Source: a virus. Taken from it: a stretch of 64,000 nucleotides of DNA. The notes beneath the pieces are model-generated. The model saw only the letters and a list, made by a program, of their open reading frames with translations, was not told the origin of the DNA and searched no databases. The position numbers and the translations under genes are program-made. Positions 57,688 to 64,000 of this stretch are shown here, one piece after another; within the stretch, counting starts at the first letter, position 1; each line of letters opens with the position of its first letter. The stretch lies in the IMG/VR virus record IMGVR_UViG_3300042255_000018. The stretch is one strand, 5' to 3'.

Positions 57688-57960
57688 TTACGGGAATGTA
57701 ACGTCGTGGATGCGATCTGAGATGAGTGTCAGTTTAGCGTATGTCTGAAAGTCTGGAGCTATAGAGTGCATTGCGAGTTCGGACGAATCATCAATAGCTA
57801 TTGAGTCTCCGCCTATATACACCCACTGATCTTCCTCAGTTTTGTCTGACTGAGTAATCTTCAGATTTGCACCACCGTTGAGGTGGTCCACTTCTTTGAG
57901 TTGGTATTGGGTACCGTCAATCTTCAGGGTCTGCCCGATCTTGATAGAGATGTGAAGCAT
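57688..57960 (-). CDS. Divergent CsrA-like (carbon storage regulator fold) protein
   Basis: MLHISIKIGQTLKIDG resembles the CsrA N-terminus MLILTRRVGETLMIG; AAGGA RBS. Confidence 0.5.
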   Translation of the reverse strand: MLHISIKIGQTLKIDGTQYQLKEVDHLNGGANLKITQSDKTEEDQWVYIGGDSIAIDDSSELAMHSIAPDFQTYAKLTLISDRIHDVTFP

Positions 57961-58195
57961 ACGCGTTCCTTTTGGCTATGGCTTGCTGTTCTGCAAGTCT
58001 GAGGTGTTTTCGTTGGTAGTACCAGTTCACAAAGAAGGTTGCCATGCCTAAGACAACCCCGAATGCGAGGGCGTTGTTGTTTAGGAAGTCCAGCATACCC
58101 GCTGCAGTGAGTCCACCACTGGCTGTGTAAGAAACCCCAGTGCTAACTTTAGCTGCAAGGGTAGTCGTGTGTTCTGATAGAGTAGGGCCTGCCAT
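57917..58195 (-). CDS. Holin (HP1-like)
   Basis: GVSY, TM ending ATFFVNWYYQRK; adjacent to endolysin. Confidence 0.8.
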   Translation of the reverse strand: MAGPTLSEHTTTLAAKVSTGVSYTASGGLTAAGMLDFLNNNALAFGVVLGMATFFVNWYYQRKHLRLAEQQAIAKRNAYASHLYQDRADPED

Positions 58196-58683
58196 TATCG
58201 AACCACCTCTACGTGAGGGAGGTCAATAAATGACTGGTCCAAACGGTCGTGATCTCTATCCCAATCGTCTCCGAAGCGTAGCTCTACGCCGTGCACCTTA
58301 CCGAACGCCATGAGAACCCCCTTCATCGTGGCGTACTCTTGCAGGACGAGTTCCCAGATGCGTTTTTCAGTTTTGCCGGTGGCTTTGGCAAGCGCTTTGA
58401 TCTGGTCGGGGTGCCCGGAGAGGGCGGATGAAACCCGGATACCTGCCAGGTTTGTGACGTAGGGCCATAGGTCTACAGCGTCTGATGGGTAGGTGTTGTG
58501 TTTTCCGTTTGGCCACTTTACCTTGGTAACACCTTTGGCAAAGTACCGGTCTTGGGTCTCTTGGTCTCGGTGACCTTCTATCATGGAGAAGTTGTAGACC
58601 TGAATAGCAGAATCTACTATCAGCTTCAGCTCATCGCAGAGGGTTTCCCGTACTTCTGATGACTTGCGACCGAATGAAAACAT
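58195..58683 (-). CDS. Endolysin, M15 L-Ala-D-Glu peptidase
   Basis: EGHR...Q, GKH....AVD, DLPHVE. Confidence 0.88.
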   Translation of the reverse strand: MFSFGRKSSEVRETLCDELKLIVDSAIQVYNFSMIEGHRDQETQDRYFAKGVTKVKWPNGKHNTYPSDAVDLWPYVTNLAGIRVSSALSGHPDQIKALAKATGKTEKRIWELVLQEYATMKGVLMAFGKVHGVELRFGDDWDRDHDRLDQSFIDLPHVEVVR

Positions 58684-58761
58684 GGCGGGCTCGTGTGTTG
58701 GTTGTTCATAATGTACAAATGTACATTTTGCAACCGAACTTTTCCACCCTACGTTTTTGGG

Positions 58762-59082
58762 CTATTTGACCAGTTTGAGTACCGGTCGAGGCCGCTTGCT
58801 GTCGCTTTCCCTTGTAGCTTGCGCCGTTTTCTTCCTGTGCAGGTTCATAGCATGTCTTGCTGAATTGGCCATTCCAGAGTGAATTATTTCCATCAGCAAG
58901 TCTCGCGGTTGCAGGTTGTGCTGTCTGGCGTGACTGATCAGGATTGCCCAATCCATTGGACTGAACGACTCCACGATGTCCCTGGGCAAAACGGATTCGA
59001 TGTCCAGCAACAGGCGCTCCACTGCTGGCAGCAGGCTTTCAACCGTGTAGGTCTTGCCTTGCTGGGCCGCGCTCATGCTCAT
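58762..59082 (-). CDS. Hypothetical protein with RHH-like helices and SspB-like C-terminal tail
   Basis: WAILISHARQHNLQPRDLLMEII; ends KRPRPVLKLVK. Confidence 0.55.
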   Translation of the reverse strand: MSMSAAQQGKTYTVESLLPAVERLLLDIESVLPRDIVESFSPMDWAILISHARQHNLQPRDLLMEIIHSGMANSARHAMNLHRKKTAQATRESDSKRPRPVLKLVK

Positions 59083-59086
59083 GCAC

Positions 59087-59488
59087 TCACATATTTGTGT
59101 TGTCAGTCTTCTCATGGGTCCTGCCAAATGGCAAATGGACCACGTTTCCCTCTACAGTGGGTTTGAAGCTCGGGGGTTTCGGGGCGAAATATACGTTATC
59201 CTTCAAATCGGAAAACTGTCTCGCACCTATCACCAGTAAGTCGGTAATGAAGTCCTTACCGCTCATATTTTTGCACATGCCGGCCGGCAGCGCGTTAATG
59301 ATGTGGTTCCATTCAGGCTGGGTAAGCTCCATCTCCAGAAGCACCTTCCACAGATGTGGACCCACCCAGTTTTTCAGTCTGTGGAACGCGGCTATCGCAC
59401 CACCTCTACCTTGTCCGATCTTTGCTTCCCACTGTGCAAGAAACAAGGTCTCTATTTCTCTTTCAGTGTGTTTTTTGGCCTCAGTCAT
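59087..59488 (-). CDS. Hypothetical protein
   Basis: AGGAG RBS within the GACCA motif. Confidence 0.65.
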   Translation of the reverse strand: MTEAKKHTEREIETLFLAQWEAKIGQGRGGAIAAFHRLKNWVGPHLWKVLLEMELTQPEWNHIINALPAGMCKNMSGKDFITDLLVIGARQFSDLKDNVYFAPKPPSFKPTVEGNVVHLPFGRTHEKTDNTNM

Positions 59489-59514
59489 TGGTCGCTCCTG
59501 TGGTCTTTTGATGG

Positions 59515-59730
59515 TTACTTGATGCCTCTACTGTCGAACAACTTCTCCAGCGCTTCGATTATCAAAGTCTTCATGGTGGTGTCCTCGACAGCGGCCATCA
59601 CCTTCAGTTTGTTCTTGTAGCTGACTGGTATGTTCACTGGCATTCGTATCTCGGCCTCGGTTGAACTCTGTCCTGCGTGCGCTTTCGCGGTGGAGAGCGC
59701 CTCTTTCAAGGCGGTGTTGTTTTCTGACAT
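59515..59730 (-). CDS. Ribbon-helix-helix DNA-binding protein (ParG-like)
   Basis: RMPVNIPVSYKNKLKVMAAVEDTTMKTLIIEALEKLF; GGAGG RBS. Confidence 0.8.
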   Translation of the reverse strand: MSENNTALKEALSTAKAHAGQSSTEAEIRMPVNIPVSYKNKLKVMAAVEDTTMKTLIIEALEKLFDSRGIK

Positions 59731-59769
59731 GTGGCCTCCAAATACCTATCTTATCCCGTAGATAGGCTA

Positions 59770-60120
59770 TTAAGTAAAGTGGAATCTATTACATCGCCGG
59801 GTTCTTTTGGACAAATGTATAAACGCACTTCTTTTAATAAGTATTGTATCTCTCGCCAGAAATTCTGACTGAGACAGCATGGACACCGTAGCGTTGGTAA
59901 GGTCTATCTGGTCCGCCCTGACGTGAGGGCATTTGTTGCGCATTGAACCGGCTATAAACCGGCCGGTTACTTCAACCAAATAGGGCAATGGCTCATCCGT
60001 TTCGCCTTGCATAATCAGGTTTCCGTGTACCTCTGCCCAGACTCTACCGTACCCGTCAACGCGGGTTTCCACGCTTCCGGGGCCGTCGAGATACTGGGTT
60101 AAATTGGTACACGAAATCAA
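59770..60120 (-). CDS. Hypothetical protein
   Basis: 116-aa ORF with TTG start after AGGTG. Confidence 0.4.
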   Translation of the reverse strand: MISCTNLTQYLDGPGSVETRVDGYGRVWAEVHGNLIMQGETDEPLPYLVEVTGRFIAGSMRNKCPHVRADQIDLTNATVSMLSQSEFLARDTILIKRSAFIHLSKRTRRCNRFHFT

Positions 60121-60192
60121 GGAAACACCTACTAGCTATTGCCTATTTGTACATTTAGCTACTGTGTACAAATAGTGTAGGCGTTTCGTTAG

Positions 60193-60870
60193 TTAGTCGT
60201 CAATTAATTGGTATAACCAAAGCGATAGTTTATTGACAGTGTTATGGGATATTGGTGCGTATTTTTCACTCAGGTACGTGGCTATTTTTCGAGTGGATTT
60301 ACCCTTTGCCCAATGCAAATCTGCGAGTTCCGCAAGCGCCTGTTGGTACCAGTCAGACTCCTGCAGGTACTTCACTTCCTGCAGCTCTATGACTGTGTGA
60401 CCCCAAGGGACGTAACCGCCCATGAACCGGCCTTCCTCTGAATGGGCGACCTTTACATCTCGGATACGCTCGGCAATCCGACTGCGCTCAAAGTCAGCAA
60501 CTGCAGCGAGAATGGTGTAGATCAGTTTGCCCACTCCGTCACCTGTCACTTCGCCACCCATGTCCATTATATAGAGGCGAATGCCTTGCTCTTTGAACCG
60601 GTTGATCGAGTACAGCGCATCTTCAGAATTGCGGAACAGTCGGTCAAACTTGGCAATCAGCAGATGGTCACCTTCCTTCAACAGGTTGATAAGCTGTCCA
60701 CCGGCCGGCCGTTCAGCCAGTCGTACAGACCCTGACACACCCTCATCAGCGAAGTGCTGGTCAACTTCCATCTGCATGGTGGTGGCGTAGGCCCGCAAAG
60801 TATTCTCTTGCACCTTGAGGGACATGCCCTGGGTCCCGGTAGAAACTCGGGCATAGGAGTAGACGGCCAT
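60193..60870 (-). CDS. Serine recombinase (resolvase/invertase family)
   Basis: YARVS, DEGVSG, DRLFR, FERSRIAER; true start likely ATG 60870. Confidence 0.9.
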   Translation of the reverse strand: MAVYSYARVSTGTQGMSLKVQENTLRAYATTMQMEVDQHFADEGVSGSVRLAERPAGGQLINLLKEGDHLLIAKFDRLFRNSEDALYSINRFKEQGIRLYIMDMGGEVTGDGVGKLIYTILAAVADFERSRIAERIRDVKVAHSEEGRFMGGYVPWGHTVIELQEVKYLQESDWYQQALAELADLHWAKGKSTRKIATYLSEKYAPISHNTVNKLSLWLYQLIDD

Positions 60871-60872
60871 GA

Positions 60873-61316
60873 CTACTGCCCCTGGCCGGTCAGGATTGAC
60901 GCCGGCAATTTGGACACGCTCAACATCCGAACTGCAGCGACTTCGGCGTGGGCTTCTGCGCGGAACCGTTCGCGGTCCGCAAAGCTCACTTGGTTGAATC
61001 CTTCCCGCAGGTTGCGTACCACCTTCACAACTGATGTTGGGGGCAAGCTGCAGATGCGGGCCAACTGGAAGTGGAGGTAGGGGTGTCGCTCGGCATACTT
61101 GGGGGCGAACTTCTTGATCCACTCGATGTACTTGGCCGCTTTGAACTCAGTGAGCATTTTCTGCTGAGCTTCGCGTTTGGCGTCGTGTTTCTTACCGGGC
61201 GGGATGAAGTCGAGAGGGAGGCTCAGTACTTCCAGTTCAACCATCTGCACCATGTCCTCAATGTCGCTAATGATTTGCCTTTCGTTTTCAACTCGGCAGT
61301 TTGGTATGTTCATCAC
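60873..61316 (-). CDS. Hypothetical protein
   Basis: 147-aa ORF coupled upstream of the recombinase. Confidence 0.6.
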   Translation of the reverse strand: MMNIPNCRVENERQIISDIEDMVQMVELEVLSLPLDFIPPGKKHDAKREAQQKMLTEFKAAKYIEWIKKFAPKYAERHPYLHFQLARICSLPPTSVVKVVRNLREGFNQVSFADRERFRAEAHAEVAAVRMLSVSKLPASILTGQGQ

Positions 61317-61440
61317 TTATGTACCCCGTTGTAACGGTGTAACGGCGGCTTGGGTGTACATCTCTGTAACCTCGCAAATACGCCGTTACACTCATGGTCA
61401 GTTTGTACCAATGGTCTTTTGGTCAGTAGGTGCTAAATGT

Positions 61441-62094
61441 TCACGCCGCCTTTGGCTCTTTGAGCTTGTTCAGCGTCTCATTCACGGCGTTAGCAGTTTC
61501 TACCGGCATTGGCAAGTGCTTTTTAGGCTCTGGCACATCAACCCAGTCAGCGAGGGCAGGGCTCAGCTCTTTGAGCTGGTCGAGCGTCTTGGCCGAGTTG
61601 AGCAGTTCGTCCACCTGATCTGAGAACTTTTTAATCTCTGCAAGGGCATCTTCAAGGTCTGCGAAAACCTCCCGTAGGAGATTCTGCTGCTCCTTGGTTT
61701 CGCATTCCAACTCTGTCAGGTGTGGAGGAGCCGGGCGGCGCTCAGGGAGCTTACACTTCATGCTGATGAATGTTGGTAGTTCTCTGTCCGATTTCGTAAT
61801 GGCGTTATCGTTACGGTAACCGCCATATGTGTTTTTCCAGCGAATCCGCAGGGTGGTTGGGTGCCGATGATCTTTGTGCCAGAACATAGAAGGGCTGAAC
61901 TCATCAGCGGTGACGTAGAATCTGGGGTCAATCCCAGTCTCCAACACCTTCCGAGATGCCTCGCCACAGTGGTGCTCCCAAAGCATTTCAGCCAGGTTGG
62001 CCAGTTTCTTCTCGATGGGGGCTACGAGTTCTTTGGTCAGTTTGATAACAGCGCGGTCGTGAACGTCTTTGCGGTCTGATTGCTTGAGTCGCAT
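61441..62094 (-). CDS. Nmad5-like phage protein
   Basis: MRLKQSDRK N-terminus and LLNSAKTLDQLKELSP C-terminal pattern. Confidence 0.55.
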   Translation of the reverse strand: MRLKQSDRKDVHDRAVIKLTKELVAPIEKKLANLAEMLWEHHCGEASRKVLETGIDPRFYVTADEFSPSMFWHKDHRHPTTLRIRWKNTYGGYRNDNAITKSDRELPTFISMKCKLPERRPAPPHLTELECETKEQQNLLREVFADLEDALAEIKKFSDQVDELLNSAKTLDQLKELSPALADWVDVPEPKKHLPMPVETANAVNETLNKLKEPKAA

Positions 62095-62362
62095 GGTCTT
62101 TCCTTTATGGTTTGGTCTTTTGGCCAAAGGTGGGTGCCTGGGCCGAAGCCCAGGACTTTTGGAGGTCGCACATGTCAGGGTGCTCATGTACAAATGTACA
62201 TTTGCACCTTAGCTATTGTCAACCTTCTTCAACAACTGACAATGCTTCTCCAACTGCTGGCCATCCTGACTCAACAGTTCTACGCCAGTGATCAAGATGC
62301 GCTCTCCTTCCCCGTACTAGAAGTACGGGGAAGGAGAGCGCGAACCGCGCAAGCGGTTCTTG

Positions 62363-62391
62363 TTGACAGGCTAAATATACACAGTTACTAT
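62363..62391 (+). promoter_or_regulatory. sigma70 promoter for tnpB (probably leaderless mRNA)
   Basis: TTGACA-17-TACTAT, ATG 6 nt downstream, no SD. Confidence 0.7.
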
Positions 62392-62397
62392 TCGGAC

Positions 62398-63555
62398 ATG
62401 ACTACCGTACACCGTGCCTACAAATACCGCTTCTATCCGACGACCGGGCAAGCCGAACAGCTTGCCCGGTCGTTCGGGTGTTCGAGGTACGTGTACAACC
62501 ACTTCTTGCGGCTGCGTACCGATGCCTGGTACGAACGGCAGGAGCGAATAGGGTATACCGACACCGCCAAGCTGCTTACTGCGCTCAAGAAGGAACCGGG
62601 GACTGCCTGGCTTCAAGAGGTGTCGAACGTCTGCCTGCAACAGTCTCTGCGCAATCTCGACACCGCCTTCAAGAACTTCTTTCAGGGTCGAGCCAAGTAT
62701 CCGACCTTCAAGAAGAAGACGGCGCGTCAGTCTGTTCGCTATACCACCAGCGGGTTCTCCTGGCGAGATGGCCAGATCAAACTGGCCAAGCAGAAAGAGC
62801 CGTTGGATATCCGCTGGAGCCGTCGCTTTACCGGCACGCCTTCCAGCGTAACGGTCAGCAAGGACAGCGCGGATCGCTACCACATCTCAATTCTTGTCGA
62901 GGAAGATGTGGCAGCGTTGCCGTTCAGCAAGAAGGAAGTAGGAATCGACCTGGGGCTGACCCACGCGGTCATCACCAGCGGCGGCCAGAAGGTCAACAAC
63001 CACCAGTATTTCAAGCAGTCCGAGAAGAAACTGGCTCGCGCGCAGCGCAGCCTGTCACGCAAGAAGAAAGGGTCAGCCAACCGGGCCAAGGCGAAACTCA
63101 AGGTCGCGCGTATCCACGCAAAGATAGCCGACCAGCGCCAGGACTTCGCGCACAAGCTGACCACGCAGCTCCTTCACGAAAACCAAGTCGTAGCTGCGGA
63201 AAGCCTTCAAGTGAAGAACATGCTCAAGAACCGCTCGCTGGCGAAAGCCATCAGCAACGTGGGGTGGCATCAGATCACCACCATGCTGGGTTACAAGGCC
63301 GAGTGGTACGGACGAGACTTTGTTCAGATCGACAAGTGGTACCCTTCAAGCAAGCGTTGTCACGCCTGCGGCCATATATCCGATGCCATGCCGCTAACAG
63401 TCCGCGTCTGGGACTGCCCTACCTGCCATGCGCATCACGACCGCGACATCAACGCTGCCAAGAACATTCTCAAGGCGGGCAAGGCCATTCTGGCCGGTGC
63501 CGACAAGCTGCGAGAGCACGAGCAGAAAACTACCGTGGGGCGCGCGGGAGGTTAA
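62398..63555 (+). CDS. tnpB: RNA-guided endonuclease TnpB
   Basis: AYKYRFYPT, GIDLG (RuvC-I D), AAESL (E), CHAC/CPTC Zn finger, DRDINAA (D). Confidence 0.95.
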   Translation: MTTVHRAYKYRFYPTTGQAEQLARSFGCSRYVYNHFLRLRTDAWYERQERIGYTDTAKLLTALKKEPGTAWLQEVSNVCLQQSLRNLDTAFKNFFQGRAKYPTFKKKTARQSVRYTTSGFSWRDGQIKLAKQKEPLDIRWSRRFTGTPSSVTVSKDSADRYHISILVEEDVAALPFSKKEVGIDLGLTHAVITSGGQKVNNHQYFKQSEKKLARAQRSLSRKKKGSANRAKAKLKVARIHAKIADQRQDFAHKLTTQLLHENQVVAAESLQVKNMLKNRSLAKAISNVGWHQITTMLGYKAEWYGRDFVQIDKWYPSSKRCHACGHISDAMPLTVRVWDCPTCHAHHDRDINAAKNILKAGKAILAGADKLREHEQKTTVGRAGG

Positions 63556-63692
63556 GCCTGTGGAGTCTGTGTCAGCCTCTGCGGGCAATCCCAAGGAGCA
63601 GCGGACTATGAAGCAGGAAACTGGAAGGCAACAACCAGGAATCCCCTTCCTTCAGGGATGGGGAGGACGTCAAACTGATCTCCTGTTCTGGC
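63530..63692 (+). ncRNA. omegaRNA (reRNA) of tnpB; guide begins at 63674
   Basis: Overlaps the tnpB 3' end and RE, as established for TnpB elements; boundaries approximate. Confidence 0.7.
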
Positions 63693-64000
63693 GGTTCTTT
63701 AAAATCGGCATCCAACCTTTCAGGGTCGAGAGGATGCCAATGCTGCAACTGGTGTTGTTGTCGGCGCCGGTCGTGCTCGTCCAGCGCCCGGAGGTCACTT
63801 GCCTCCAGTTCGATGTCGATGTTCATCCATACCTCCGGTCTTTACCAACGGGGATAGGGCAGGGAGCCACATCAGCAGTGTTGCGGTGCCCACGATTGCG
63901 CTCGCTGTGAACGCGGCTTTTACAAATGGGTGCATCGTTTCTCCCGTTTAACAGGTTCTTGTATACGTGCCAGGTAGGTGTCGATCACAAACTCCCACGG

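Larger units (their letters stand above)
62293..63673 (+). mobile_element. IS200/IS605-family tnpB-only element (IS1341-like)
   Basis: LE hairpin about 62299-62341, tnpB, RE GAAT plus hairpin ending TCAA at 63673; no tnpA. Confidence 0.88.
62209..63826 (-). pseudogene. Small phage gene interrupted by the tnpB element
   Basis: Removing 62293-63673 fuses MNIDIELE...PPEQEIS in frame to ITGVELLSQDG...KVDNS*. Confidence 0.65.

Noticed and set aside
60871..61122. N-terminal extension of the serine recombinase
   Set aside because: It overlaps the upstream gene in another frame; the YARVS motif follows ATG 60870.
62080..62397. N-terminal extension of TnpB in the ORF track (491 aa)
   Set aside because: It crosses the IS left end and promoter; the real start is ATG 62398.
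62478..63611. 377-aa overlapping ORF within tnpB
   Set aside because: Alternate-frame shadow ORF with no recognisable motifs.
60193..63673. Serine recombinase plus tnpB as an IS607 element
   Set aside because: They are on opposite strands and separated by phage genes; the recombinase lacks the N-terminal HTH of IS607 TnpA; the tnpB ends are IS200/IS605-type hairpins.

Overview
The window is most of a temperate tailed dsDNA phage genome with a long non-contractile tail (siphovirus-like); the host is probably a Gammaproteobacterium (inference). The + strand (1-35.8 kb) carries accessory genes, an HU-like gene, the terminase, an xis/int/attP cassette between terL and the portal, head genes, tail genes, a 2719-aa tape measure protein and a low-GC receptor-binding cassette. 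The - strand (35.8-62.3 kb) carries nucleotide metabolism (dNMP kinase, thyA, dUTPase), SbcCD, ATP-dependent ligase, a Holliday junction resolvase, full-length PolA, two tRNAs, an SSB-like gene, an SNF2 helicase, a primase-helicase, a Dda-like helicase, a CsrA-like gene, holin/endolysin, RHH-like regulators and a serine recombinase. Two IS200/IS605-family insertions are present: an intact tnpB-only element, and a 291-bp derivative with no intact ORF that retains both ends and an omegaRNA. Two genome-wide motif families stand out. One is a TGTACA-based palindromic operator-like array at about 15 loci. The other is an AACCAAAAGACCA...GACC-ATG motif at the translation starts of many genes; the same GACCAA core is displayed in hairpin loops upstream of terL. 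Together with the divergent CsrA-like gene, this suggests (hypothesis) a phage-encoded, re-specified Csr-like translational control system. All protein calls come from motif recognition by eye; no database search was run.
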